Made by a program: the position numbers and the translations under genes. Positions 13,061-26,465 of a DNA stretch of 64,000 bases are shown here, in pieces; position 1 is the first letter of the stretch, and every line of letters begins with the position of its first letter. The notes under the pieces were generated by a model. The model was given only the letters and a program-made list of their open reading frames with translations, was not told the DNA's origin and did no database searches. Source of the DNA: Octopus sinensis (taxonomy: Eukaryota). The stretch covers positions 36,084,001 through 36,148,000 of the forward strand of contig NC_043000.1 of NCBI RefSeq assembly GCF_006345805.1, in the 5' to 3' direction.

Positions 13061-14764
13061 TATCACCTCTGTCACAGTTTTGTATTCATTACATGATGAC
13101 GTCATACATAAATTATCTGTGTTGTTTCAAAAGGTGTCTAGGGCTTTGTGTTCAGTACAAACACGATGACGTCATTGATATATTCATAACGTCCCCGTAC
13201 ACGAAACACTGCCGTCAGCCATCGCCATAGCTCTAATAATAAATATTTGGTTTAGTTTTCGGTAATCTGACGATCAAATGAATGCCATTATTTTTAATTT
13301 TCTGTCATCGATATGTTTAAACAGTTTATGTATTACAACTAAACGACATTTGATTGTCTTTGAAAAACAAAAATTTGAATATTTAAATTAAAACAGTGTT
13401 TTTGTTTGTTACAACAAAAGCAACAACAAGAACAACAACAACAACGACGACGATGATGATGAGGATGATGATGATGGGATACTGTTGATGATGATGATGA
13501 CAAAACAACGTATTGTTACTATGGTACGCGTTTATATTTCGATGAACAGTGCTGAGTTGTGATACGGTAGAGGCGAAGAGAGGGGTGTGAGGAAAATGGA
13601 GATAAGGGATATGGGAATAGCTGGGATACAGAAGAAGGAACTGATGAAGATACAATGCGAGAGGTAGGTAGATACATAGAAAGGAAGGTAGATAGAAAGG
13701 TAGGTAGACATACTGGCAGGTATAAATACATATATGCATACTTACATATACCATGCCTGTCAGCTCTTATGTCCTTGCCGTAAGGCTTAATTTAATTCGT
13801 CCTTAGTCGAAAGACACCGGTTGTTAATGTTATGTTAATTGCATTTGTATTTGTGTACCATTTCTCCGGTTTTTTTCCCGTCCATGTTTTCGTATACATT
13901 CGCTGCTTTCTTCCAAGGAATCTAGTTCTCTTAGCTTAGATTTTTCTTGAGCCTGGCAGGATTGGAGCAATCTCGAGTATAACCAGCCGAAATTGCAAAG
14001 ATAATCTGGAACTCGATCGAGGAAAGAAAGCTTCGAATGACCCGTCCTTGTTTGTTCTTGTCCCTTTTTTGTATCATCTGTCTGGATGCTTTGCGTTCTT
14101 GTCCCATATTTTTTGTTTATGTATAGATAGAAGGATAGACGGATAAATAAGATAGATAGATAGATAAAAACGATTGAGATTGTTCATAATTATTTTCAGT
14201 TTGCGGAGAAATAGCGAAAATTTGCCCTGTTTAAAATTATAATTATATGTTACATAGATAGAGATTCGAAATAGATAATCTGTGAAACTGTTTGCTGTAG
14301 TGTTTTTTAATGAGTTTGAGTTTGAAAAGCTGACACTCCATCAAACTGACTGCGGTAAAATATCTAGAGACGTCTGATGTGTAGAAAGCACATTGCAATC
14401 TGAGTACTAATATATGCAATGCAGTGAACTAAGAAAAATGAATTCATTAAAATGTTTTTCTCTCACGCAGCAGCGATAAGTTAATGACTAATTGTGGCAG
14501 AGGAGACAGCGCTGAAATGGTAATTGATTAAAACTAATTACAAGCAGAACTCAGGAGGAAAGCGAGTATGTTTTTTAGTGGTCGTTGGATGCCTCGCTGC
14601 ATGTTTCGGTTTGATTAAAATTCTTGAGCAAAATGTAGTCTGACCATTCGTGAAAGTCTTGACTTTGTTAAAGAAACATATCGAAAGGTTTCGTGAAAAA
14701 TCAATGGAACGTAATATAACTGAAAAGAATGGTTAGTGAATACCCCGATTGAAGAAGTATTGTG

Positions 14765-14860
<96 letters not shown>

Positions 14861-15145
14861 GTTTATCTCTCAGTCACTCTCTTTGTTTGTCTGTCTGTTT
14901 GTTCGTCTGCCTGTCTGTCTACTTTTCTGCCTATACATACATACATGCATACATACATATATACATCATACACATACATAATTCACACACATATATGTGT
15001 GTGTGTGCATATATATATTATATATGCATGTATATATATATATATATGAATGTATATATAGATATATGCATATATATATTATATATATATGGATATATAT
15101 GTGCATCTATCTATCTAAATAGCAATATATACACATATATATATA

Positions 15146-15206
<61 letters not shown>

Positions 15207-15844
15207 GTGTGTGTGTGTGTGTGTGTGTGCGTGTGTGTGTGAGACAGAGTTAGTGTGTGTGTGTATAAAATCAAAATAAGCAACAGGATATCAAGATGTT
15301 ATGCAGTACGACCGTTTCAAGCGACTCCATTTAATTGAACAATGCAGTCATTACATCAATTTAAATGGCTATCATCAGCTGCGGAAATACATAGAATTTT
15401 AATCAGTCGGACACATTAATATACCTTTACTCAATTAATTTAAGAGAGCAAGATGGAAGAAATCCATGTTGTCGCTATTGTAGCTAAGAATATTCTACAC
15501 TTCCAAGAAAAGCATGAAGCTTACTGGGTTCCTTGCTCGTAAATGATTGTGGTTCATTTCTAATTTATTTGTCTTTTTATCAACTACTAAATCCAAGACT
15601 GTGTCTGTTTGGAATGAAGGGCAAGTGTGAATTGACAGCTTATAGCTAGTTATGGTCATAAATATTGTCAAGATATTAGGAGACATACATTGGGTATAAA
15701 GTAACTGTCTATAAAGGAGGCTGTATATATATATATATTATATATTATATATATATTATATATATTATATATATATTATTATATATATATATAATATATA
15801 TATATAATATATATATATATAATTATATATATATATATATATAA

Positions 15845-16010
15845 TATATATGGAGAATTCACAAAAAAAACAAAAGACGAAGAAGACAGGTAGTGTAGAC
15901 AACAAACAGGTGTATTAGTATAACGCGCGGGAAGTGAAAAACGTTTCGAGCCTACGCTCTTCCACAAAAAGGAACACAGAAAGAAACAAGGAGAGAAAAT
16001 AAAGAATGTT
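15845..16010 (-). mobile_element. Penelope-type terminal repeat fragment with degenerate HHR motif
   Basis: ACGTTTCGAGCCTACGCTCTTCC and ACAAAAGACGAAGAAGACAGG; related sequence at ~27960-28090, ~50300 and ~55510-55630. Confidence 0.6.
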
Positions 16011-16031
16011 ATACATACATACATACATACA

Positions 16032-16065
<34 letters not shown>

Positions 16066-16116
16066 CATACATATATATATATATATTTATATGTATGTAT
16101 ATATATATATGTATGC

Positions 16117-16153
<37 letters not shown>

Positions 16154-16213
16154 ATATATATATAAATAAAGTAGGGTATCAGAATACCACTTGCTAGAGG
16201 AAATAACACAAAT

Positions 16214-16335
<122 letters not shown>

Positions 16336-16449
16336 CATTTTAAGGGTAGAAAATTTAGAGAAATATTCAACCGGTGGCCAGCATTCGTTATAAAGTCAAT
16401 AGACAACATTTTTTTCATATAAATAGTATACGTATTTATGTACAAAATA

Positions 16450-16784
16450 GGTGACCTTAACAGGACACCTTATATGTTGGAAAGGGCAGTTAAAGCCCAA
16501 ACCACGAATAAGAGTAATTTCAAAAGGGAATGAAAAATAAAAACATTTCAATAGTTACCCTTATACTCGAGTTTCTACGTGTATCTTCAGTGTTGCATAA
16601 ATATGCCTTAATTTTGGCGCCATTAGTGAAGAAGCACGGATGGCAAATTAATTTACTTGTGCATTGATGCAGAAACTCGAGTATAAGAGTAATTATTGAA
16701 ATGTTCTTATTTTTCATTTCCTTTGAAATTACTCTTATTCGTGGTTTGGGCTTTAACTGCCCTTTCCAGCATGTAATGTCACCT
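16450..16784. repeat. Foldback (inverted repeat) with ~106-bp arms and 94-bp spacer
   Basis: 16471-16576 is the reverse complement of 16671-16775 with scattered mismatches; (TA)n lies just right of it and ~120 bp to the left. Confidence 0.9.
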
Positions 16785-16808
16785 CTTTTATATATAAAAA
16801 ACATACCC

Positions 16809-16842
<34 letters not shown>

Positions 16843-16844
<2 letters not shown>

Positions 16845-16995
16845 GACGGGATTTTTTTATTTTCCGTCGTGTTACAAATTCACTCTCAAGGCTTAGGTCG
16901 ACCCGAAGCTAATAAGTAAAAAACACTTGCCCAAGGTGCCACGCAGTGAGACCGAAACTGGAAACATGTGGCTGAAAAGCGAAATTCTTAACGTG
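16843..16995 (-). mobile_element. SINE family C (5' part)
   Basis: ACACTTGCCCAAGGTGCCACGCAGTGAGACCGAAAC is the reverse complement of the CORE-like segment. Confidence 0.75.
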
Positions 16996-18177
16996 AATTA
17001 TCTTTAAATAGGACTAGAAAGCGAATCATCTCAGCTTCTAATCTCGCCGGTAATTTATACTGTTAAAATTTGATGTATTTTTAGATAGTTTTTGAACTTC
17101 CTATTCATTGCTGGTACGAGTCCAAAGAAACAATTCCCTTTGTGGGAATGTATTGTTCGGAACCGTTAACCTATTTGCCTGCGGTGATGAAGCGGAAGAT
17201 CTGTCTCAATTGTTCGTGAAAGTAGACACCCTTTTAGCTTCCTTCGTATTTGATAGGTGACCTTTTGTAGCTTCAACATAGGCAAACACAGTCTAAAGTT
17301 TCACTTGATTTTAAAATCTACGTTATCGATCTTTTGTCATATATTTTGACAGTGTATCATTTGCATGAAAATAGTAAGAATGGCGATCAAGAAATGAGAT
17401 TTCGCTTGAAGCTCCTGTTTGGTGTATTCAGAAGACATTTTAATGTTACCAAAAAAGAATGCAGCATCAAATTTTTAATCGTTTGTGTGTTTGGAAACAG
17501 TTTCTTGTGTTTTTTTTTCACGCGTTCGATATTAAGTCCCGCAAAAAAAGGTTAAAGGTCAATAATTAGCGATTCAGCTTGGTAGAGTTTTTCCTATGAT
17601 TGCTTATCAAAGATAATATTTACAAAACTCGTTCCCAAGCCAACGGCAGAGTCTGTACACGGTCGCTTGGTCCGCTAAAAAGGGAAGCCAAGTTCCTATT
17701 GGTCACACTCTCACTGACTTAAAGGGAAAGACACATTAGACGATATAATCCTCGGTAGATAAAACAAAACAAGATGATCAAGACTGGAATAATAACGACA
17801 ACAATAGCCATAAAAACAGTATTAGCAACAACAATGTCAACAACAATAACAAAAAAACTCAATAAATTTTTCAATTATTCAGTAAAGTTGATACAAAATG
17901 TGGAATAAGAAGACAAAGGCAGAATAAAAACGGAACCTTTTGTCCCTTCATTCCACTTTTTGCATCAACCTTCTTTCGATTTTGAATCGTGATTTCTTAT
18001 GTACCAGTGTCCTGACTTTTAAATAAGATTAACCATGAGATCATGAACTCTGAGCCTGAAATTACTTGGAGACACATGCCAGGTCACATAAATCTGCCAA
18101 ATCTCTGTTGTAAGAAATTATTAATAGCTCTTATTTTAAATGATATGTGCATTAAACGTCTGGCGTGCTAATGTTTC

Positions 18178-18410
18178 TTATTTCTTTATTGCCCACAAGG
18201 GGCTAAATATAGAGGAGACAAACAAGGACAGACAAAGGGATTAAGTCTATAACATCGAGCCAAGTTCGTAACTGGTACTTAATTTATCCATCCCGAAATG
18301 ATGAAAGGCAAAGTCGACCTCTGCGGAATTTGAACTCAGAACGTAAAGACAGACGAAATACCGTTAAGCATTTCGCCCGGCGTGCTAACGTTTCTGCCAG
18401 CTCGCCGCCT
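18178..18410 (-). mobile_element. SINE family B
   Basis: Full-length reverse copy ending CTGCCAGCTCGCCGCC. Confidence 0.88.
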
Positions 18411-18454
18411 TTTTACAGCTACAAATAGTAACTTATAATACATAGAAGCGATAA

Positions 18455-18670
18455 GGCGGCGAATTGGCAGAGTCGTTAGCACGCCGGGGGAAAATGCAAT
18501 GCGGCATTTCGTCCATCTTTATGTTCTGAGTTCGAATCCCGCAGATGTCAACCTTGCATTTCATCCATTCGGGGTTGATAAAACAAGTTCCAGTTGAGCG
18601 CTGGAGGTCGATACAGTCAACTTAACCCCTTCCTTGACAATGGTGATCTTGTGCCAGAATTTGAGACCGA
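18455..18670 (+). mobile_element. SINE family B
   Basis: GGCGGCGAATTGGCAGAGTCGTTAGCACGCC...GAGTTCGAATCCC. Confidence 0.8.
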
Positions 18671-20756
18671 TATATTATATTAATAAACTCTGGTATGGAA
18701 AAGGGTGGAAAACTGTCTGCAAGTTTCGGATCACGCATTTGCTTTCTGGATTCGAACTTCGCACCTTTCTAGGTTATAGGAAGTGCGTGGCTCGAGTATT
18801 ATAAGTTATTATTTAAAGCTGGACTCGTTTTCACACACAACTTTATCAAAGATTTATTTAACTTTCGGTAATATTGCTGTTGTTTTGATGTAGGTCCGAC
18901 ATCAATTTACCGGAAATACCCTTTCGTCCTTGAGAAATTGTATCAAATAATATCTTGTTACGATGAGGTCCAGCTCAATGTCACTTTTATGTGTGTTAGC
19001 AGAAAAACCCCGAATGTAACGTAACAATAAGAGATGAATGGTGTAGGTTGTGTAGCGTCCTTGATAAAGTGTGATAGGGAAGAGTAAGGACTGACAGACA
19101 AGTTGCGAAGTTGTATAGTTGGAAAAAGGAAATTAAAGTTATGCTGGAAAAGATCGAAAGGGAGACGTGGAGGCGTATTGGAGAGAGAGAAGGAGAGAAA
19201 AAGGTATTTAGGAGAATAATGAAAGGCAGAGGCGATGATGCGTTAAAAGCTTGGGTAACTGAGAGAAAAGCTATGTTGAAAAGTAGCGAAAAGGAGAGAA
19301 GAATTATGTTAGAGAGTGACGAAAGGAGACACAATGGCATTTTGGAGAATAACAAAGGGAGAGAAGAGAGTATGGTAAGAGATAAGAAAGATATTCTGGA
19401 GAGTCAGATAAGAAGGAGAGAAAGTCTAAAGGAGGGTACCAAAAGGGAGACAATGGGATGTATAAAAGAGTAAAGAAACGAGGATAAGTGTAGGTATGTG
19501 AATGTAAACGAGATTTGGACGAGCGATTAGAGATAAGTGTTTTCTTTAGAGTCGAAATTGCAGGTTACAATTTATGAGTGTAAAATATTGTAAGAGAGCG
19601 GGACGAGAGAGATAAAGGCCCCATATGTAAGTGATTAGATTTAATAGGCATTGATTCTGGTTCTACAACAATTTATTTAATAGGAATTAAAGGTTTCTAA
19701 GTTATTGTATAACATTGATGAGGGATGTTGAATACAGGCTTGAATAGCGAGGCGCATTCATGGGCCTGTCATTGGCTACGAAGCATGGAAACTAAACATT
19801 TACGTGAGCTAATGGTTATTATAGAGTGAATCGGCAATTATGGGAACATCCATAACCAATAGCCAATTTACCGATGAGATTGTATGCGCGTGTGTGAGTG
19901 TGTATGTGTGTGTGTGTGCGTGTGTGCGTGTGGGTGTGTGTATGCGTGTGTGTGCCTGTGCGTGTGTGTGTATGTGTGTGTATGTGTGTGTGCAGCGCTG
20001 GATTAACCATTAAGGAATCAAGAGAAAGAGGCAGCAGAAAAATGGTAAATGGTTTACGGGACACAATGAATCCCTTTAAACTTGATAAATTCGGGGTGCT
20101 TTATCTCTGTTAAAGCAGATGCGTAAGGTAAGATTAATTATCAGGATCTGATCAAAGACTTTGCAATTAAAATCAGAAGAAAACTTTACAAACATAATTG
20201 TTTTCAATCTTTGTTTTGTTTCATTATTGTTTATATTTTAGATTACATATATATGGGGGCAACAAAATCTTTTGAGACCACTATGGGACTTAATCCGGCC
20301 TTGTGCGCTCGTGTGTGCGCGCGCACGATGTAAAGTTACACTATGAGCTCGAACATATTCAACAAGCTGGTACATTACCTTTGTGCCACAATGTAATATT
20401 TTATGGTTCCAGTAGCTTCTGTAGCGTCGAAGATATAATCTTCCTCTGCGTTTGAGACAGGAAAAAATCTAGAACAAATGGAAGTGGAATGACCTCCCCC
20501 CCCCACTGAATGGCACAAATAAATACTGATAAACGCGACAAGACGGGTAGGGTTGGCTTTATGTGTGGTCATTTCACATGCAAGGAAGCGTAGTCAATTT
20601 TCCCTCAAATTTTCTCCTTGCCGTCTTAAAAACGAATGGATACATTAACTCATTTCATAACGTAGTTCTCGATATATTTAAAAACACAGAATGCTCACGG
20701 TTGTAAGGACACAGAACAGATGCCTCAATTGTCCTAGGGGTAAGAAGAACTACTGC

Positions 20757-21030
20757 AGGAGTGGCTGTGTGGTAAGTAGCTTGCTTACCCAACCACATGG
20801 CTCCGGGTTCTGTTCCACTGCATGGCACCTTGGGAAAGTGTCTTCTACTAAAGCCTCGGGCCGAACAAAGCCTTGTGAGTGGATTTGGTAGACGGTAACT
20901 GAAAGGATCCCGTCGTATATATGTATATATATACATGTATGGGTGTGTATATGATTCTGTGTCTTTGTTTGTCCCCCTCCCCCAACATCGCTAGACAACC
21001 GATGCTGGTGTGTTTATGTTACCGTAACAT
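20757..21030 (+). mobile_element. SINE family C
   Basis: Head with A/B boxes, GGCACCTTGGGAAAGTGTCT (CORE-like) and internal TA/TG tract. Resembles the octopus OR2 CORE-SINE (from memory, unverified). Confidence 0.85.
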
Positions 21031-21067
21031 CGCAAGTCAAAGACATATATACGCATATAGTGTAGAT

Positions 21068-21166
<99 letters not shown>

Positions 21167-21241
21167 CCTTTCTTTCCTCCACCTCACTCTCTATTTTGTA
21201 ACACATCTAAACTAACTATGACTTAACCATCCTGTCACACC

Positions 21242-21293
21242 GTCTCCGATGAAGGGATATCATTAATAAACATCATAGAAACAGCTGTAAGAC
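21242..21293 (+). ncRNA. Minimal type I hammerhead-like motif (CCGAUGA core)
   Basis: Stem I GTCT/AGAC, core CCGATGA, GAA, palindromic stem III ACAGCTGT, cleavage triplet GUA; stem II degenerate. Confidence 0.5.
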
Positions 21294-21357
21294 CTTCTAT
21301 CTATAAATGCTCTATTATCTATACACCCTTGTTTTTTTATCTTATTACGCAAAAAAT

Positions 21358-21388
<31 letters not shown>

Positions 21389-21605
21389 CGTACTAGTCTT
21401 ACAAAGAATAAATCCTGGGGACAATTTGCTCGACTAAATGTGGTGCTCCAGCATTGCCGAAGTAACTGACTGTAACAAATAAAAGAATAAAAGAATAAGA
21501 GAATCCGTTAAACTGTAAAATAATGCACAAAGTGAGTGGAATCCAAGTGATTGTATTGGAGAATACGAGGAAATATGGAAGATTTCTTTGCGTTATTGCA
21601 TGGCA

Positions 21606-21780
21606 GGAAAGGAGGCAAACTGGCAGAATCTTTATGTTCCGGGTTCGAATCCCACTGAGGTCAGCATTGCGTTTCATCCATTTTGGGGCTCCATGAAATA
21701 AAGTACCAGTCAAGTACTGGTGTCGATACAATAGACTTGTCCCCTTCTCTCAAAATTTCTGGACTTGAACCCTGAAATGG
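21606..21780 (+). mobile_element. SINE family B
   Basis: GGCAAACTGGCAGAATC...GGTTCGAATCCC...GTTTCATCC...AAGTACCAGT. Confidence 0.7.
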
Positions 21781-22271
21781 ACCGGCCTCCCATTCATGCA
21801 ATATTGTGATCTTGTCCACTTATATACTATAGAAACCGGGAGACTGGCTTTATTGGTCCTGGGACTCAAGGAAAGCGAAAGTAATAACAAAAAATACTCA
21901 AATGAAATTTTTCTTTCTTTTCATCCTCTTTATTTTTCATGATGAAAGACAAATTCTCGAAACGTTGAACTAACTCCCTTTCTATTTTTACACTAGATAT
22001 GTAAACACTGACTTTTATCCTTTCGAAATCGATAAAATAAGTACCAGTTGAACTCTAGCGTCGATTTAATTGACTTATCCCTCTTCTAAAATTACCAGCC
22101 ATGTCGACTTAGCCTTTCATCCAATGGGGATCGATAAAATAAGTACCAGTCGATCACTGGCATTGATGTAATTAGCTTACGTCCTGTCCAAAATCTGAAA
22201 CCTTTGGAATACAGGGAGCAGTATTACTTCCCAAACTCTGCTGATTTCGATACAACGGCGTCTATGTATGT

Positions 22272-22486
22272 ATTTCACTACTGCCCACAAGGGGCTAAAC
22301 ACAGAGGGGACAAACGGATTATGTCGACTATATCGACCCCAGGGCGTAACTGGTACTTAATTTATCGACCCCGAAAGGATGAAAGGCAAAGTCGACCTCG
22401 GCGGAATTTGAACTCAGAACGTAACGGCAGACGAAATACGGCTACGCAATTCGCCCGGCGTGCTAACGAGTCTGCCAGCTCGCCTA
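22272..22486 (-). mobile_element. SINE family B
   Basis: Near-consensus reverse copy; partial cores also at ~22010-22200. Confidence 0.88.
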
Positions 22487-23258
22487 CATAGCTCGGCGTC
22501 TATGTATGGCTTGGTGGACTTAGACAGCGAGAGTTAAATCTCTTGAAGTCGTTGACTCAGCGCCATATAGGCGGAACTCTTATCAATACGTCCGGTTATC
22601 TACGTTTCTACTTCGATAAAATAAATAAGTGTGACTTCTGGTGTTTTAGTAGGAATATTGAGATTGATTTTGATTCAGACTAACGTTTTCTCACGCCCAA
22701 CTGAAGGAAAATGCAAAAAAAAAAAATAAGAAGAAAGGAATAGAGAAAGAAAGAGATAAAGAAAGATGTGCATATAGAAGGATCGAATTTACATTTTTTT
22801 CGATCGCAAGAGGTTGTTTTTCTTCTATCATATCAGTCACAACCTCGCCCACGATTACACCGGAATGCTCCGTGTATTCCATCTTATTGCATAACAGGAA
22901 TTATTGCGGAACCAGTTGGAGTTGATTGTCTTATTCTATCCCACTCGTTGTAGCATGTGCGTTAATGTATGTGTGCATGTGTGTGTATGTGGTGAATGTT
23001 GTGAATGAGGGTAACTGTTCTACCAGGTATGTATGAATACATGTAGACATGTTTGCAAGCAAGTAAGATACATTCGTTCATATACATATAGTACACACGT
23101 ACACACACACATATGCATATATATATACATATATTTATGTATGTATATATGTGAATGTATGTATGTGTGTATACTTATATGTATACATAGATATATGGAT
23201 ATACATATATATGTATATGTACAAGTATACGTATATAAATATATGCATATCTTACATG

Positions 23259-23309
<51 letters not shown>

Positions 23310-23442
23310 TAATAAAAAGAATTCCAACCTTGTCTGATTTTCACGTTTTATTTACAATCTTATAATGATATATTATAAGATAATATATTATAATTGAAAT
23401 AAAATAAAATGAAATAGTAGAATGTTAAATATTCATTCTGAT

Positions 23443-23486
23443 TGAACTAGTACTTTCATGCATGAATTCTGCAATCTTCGGGTTCA
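23443..23486 (-). ncRNA. Type I hammerhead ribozyme candidate in a PLE terminal repeat
   Basis: Minus strand reads TGAAC CCGAAGA T TGCA-GAATTCA-TGCA T GAA AGTACT A GTTCA: stems I, II and III all pair; core has U4C. Confidence 0.7.
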
Positions 23487-23544
23487 TGTAGTAGTGTTGA
23501 CAGTCATGCTTCACAATTTTTGACTGTAGCAAGATGATTGATTC

Positions 23545-23665
23545 TGTGCTATAAATACAGCTGGGTAGGCTCCAGAGTGCTAGGTTTTGCAAACTGTATT
23601 CTGACCAATCAGTGTGTAGTATCACTCAATTACTTAAGCTGATTGGTTGGTTGAGCTGATTGGTT
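23545..23665 (-). promoter_or_regulatory. Putative PLE terminal-repeat promoter (CCAAT boxes + TATTTATA)
   Basis: CCAAT/ATTGG at 23605, 23642 and 23659; TATAAATA/TATTTATA at 23550-23557; same layout at 58053-58112. Confidence 0.45.
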
Positions 23666-23984
23666 TAGGCATCACGCTTGTTGGACATGTCAAGAGTCCT
23701 GTATCTTGACCCTGGCCGAAGCAGCAATTGTTGGGTTATTTTTAGAAATGTTGTAAATATCCTTTGTCAGAGATTTTTATATTTTATATTTCAATTGTCA
23801 TCATCATCATTGTCAGCACCTTAATTATTGTTGCTAGTGGTGATGGTGGTGGCAATAGAACTTTTAACCCTAAATAAGATAATTTTCCTGCTATCTTCGT
23901 CTTGATCACCTTTAGTATTGTTGTTGTTGTTAGTGGTCATGGTCGTAGCAGTGGAAGTAATACCTCTAAGTATTATTATTATTA

Positions 23985-25478
23985 TTATTGCTTATTTAGC
24001 TTGGGTTCGAATTTATCAATAAAATTCTTTCTTGATTTTCCTCTCGATTTCACTTGGGCTGTGTATTTGTAGAATGGAAATATTATATATATTTTCCGAC
24101 CACATGTTGCTAGGTGGTTACTCAAAGGTATCTGACGGACCTCTGGGTCTCTAATCTGTTGCCGGTGTACACGTGAGCGTTCTAATAGTGCGTTTCCCGT
24201 CTGACCTACATATATTTCTTCACAATTTGGGCATTGATGCAGTAAATTAATTTCTGCTTTTGCAGTTCATATTCGCGTTTGTGAATATTTTCCCGGTTTT
24301 TGTGTTTATATATTGACCGGTATGTATGAATTGGCATGTGCCACATCGGCTATCATTGCATTTAGATACCGTGAATGTTTGGTCTTTGTTGCTGAGGTCA
24401 AATTTTGCCTTTGTTAGTAATGTTTTCAAGTTTTTAGGCTGTCTTTTACTAAGCACCATAGCTCGATCCGTGATTATGTCTTTTAATTCATTACTTTGGG
24501 CAATGATTGGTAGGTTTGCTTTGGCAATGTTGAAGATATTCTGGTGACATGGGTTGTGTGTCACTATGAATGGTATGACTTGTTCTTGTTTTCCTCTTCC
24601 TTGGGTTGTCCTAAGTTGTTGTATAGGTATTTTTATAGCCCGCTGTATGCCATTTTCTATAAGTAGAGATGGGTATTTTTGTTTGAGCAAAAATTCTCTT
24701 AGTTCTATTAGGCGTTTGTTCCTGATATTTGCATCTTCTACAATAGTACAAATTCTTCTGGCTAGGCAGTATGGGATGTTACGTTTTGTATGTGGTGGAT
24801 GGACACTTAAAATTTAGGTATTGATGTGTGTCTGTGTGTTTATAGTATATATCTGTGGTGATGGTGGTGTCTTTTTTAATTACCAGTATATCCAGGAATG
24901 GTAATTTGGTACTACTCATCTCCTTTGTAAATTGGAGAGATGGGTGTAGGTTGTTCAGGAGGATATTGAACTCTTCCAGAGTATTTAGAGATTCTGTCCA
25001 GATTATGAAACAGTCGTCTAGGTATCTCTTCCATGCCTTTTCAATATACTTTCTAAACCCAGTGCCATAGTTTACCTCCACCTCTTGGTAGAGTTGTTCT
25101 TCTAAGTATCCCATTACAGAGTTGGCGTAAACGGGAGCAAACCTCGTTCCCATCGCCGTGCCTCTAATTTGGATGTAATTCTTTCCATTGAAGAAGAATG
25201 TGTTATTTTCTAGAATAAGCTTGACTGTGTCTAATATAAATGGCACTGTGAATCTGCTGGGAATCACTTCTCTGTGTTTTTCTAACCAGTATTTAATCGC
25301 TTTTTTCTAAATCGTGTGGAATAGGTAGGTTGGTGTAGAGGCTTACCACATCAAAACTTAGTAAAACTGAATTTGTTTCTGTTGTTTTGGGAAGATGGGA
25401 CAGGAAGTCGATGTCATCCCTGATGAAACTTGTATGTAAGTACATAGTGGTTTCAAAACAATGTCAATAAAATTGCTA
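23985..25478 (-). mobile_element. Penelope-like retroelement, 5'-truncated (RT + C-terminal GIY-YIG; Neptune-like Cys linker)
   Basis: SFDVVSLYTN, QIRGTAMGTRFAPVYAN, RYLDDCF, linker KCNDSRCGTC, then CPNCEEIYVGQT and ...FEPKLNKQ*; several frameshifts. Confidence 0.92.
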
Positions 25479-25999
25479 TACATACATACATGCACACATA
25501 GACACATATGTATATATATGTATGTATGTATGTATGTATATTATGTTGTGTGTGCTTGTATGTATTCGTACCGGCATATGTATGTGTGTGTGTCGTGTAT
25601 GTGTGTGTGTCTATGAGTGTATTTGTGTACGTATTGCGGTATAATAGAAGACACGGAGAAATATTTACACAAGACAGACAAACTGATGAAACAGTTTGGT
25701 ATCGTTTGACATGCAAACATTAATGAAAAATAATGATAGAGCCGCAAAAAGAAGGAGATTTGGCCGATCTCTGTAGACATGAATACATTGTGTGGGAAGG
25801 AGGGGAAGAGGGAAGAGGAAAGCAGCGGCGACGGTGGCGGAGGCGAGAAATGTGTTTTGTTTCAGCTGTCACAGATAAGTTGATAATTGAATTATTAATG
25901 TCTTTGATAATTTGGAGATGTGATAGAAAAGGGGACGAGTGCAGTTAAGCTGAAAGCATTGATTAAAGAAAAGGAAGAATTCTATCGTTGTCGTCGTCG

Positions 26000-26033
<34 letters not shown>

Positions 26034-26422
26034 AACCACCACCACCACCACCACCACCACCACCTTTGTCGCCGACAGTGGCAACAGCGCCACCATTATC
26101 ATTACTGATAACGGCACCGTCATCGGAAACATTACCGACGCCCCCGCCACGACAACAATGATACTCCCTCCATCTCCACCTCCTCCACCTCCACCCCTCC
26201 TCCTCCTCCTCTTCCTTCTCCCCCTCTTCCTTCTTCTTTCTCCTTCTCCTTCCCCTTCCACTCCATTTTCCTCATCATCATCAACATCAGCCTATTCATG
26301 TACAACCTTGACATCATAATCGCAGTGGCCGTGGTTATCCTTATCGTCGTCACATTCATATCCTTCTCCCCCTTAAAATTATCATCAACGTCGCCATCAT
26401 CATCATCATCATCATCATCATT

Positions 26423-26465
<43 letters not shown>

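Noticed and set aside
22600-22745. Strong minus-strand splice acceptor at 22701-22702
   Set aside because: All three frames close within 30 nt and there is no convincing donor; poly-T tracts are common here.
25680-25700. CTGATGAAAC inside the hairpin AAACTG...CAGTTT
   Set aside because: Lacks stems II and III, so it is not a hammerhead.
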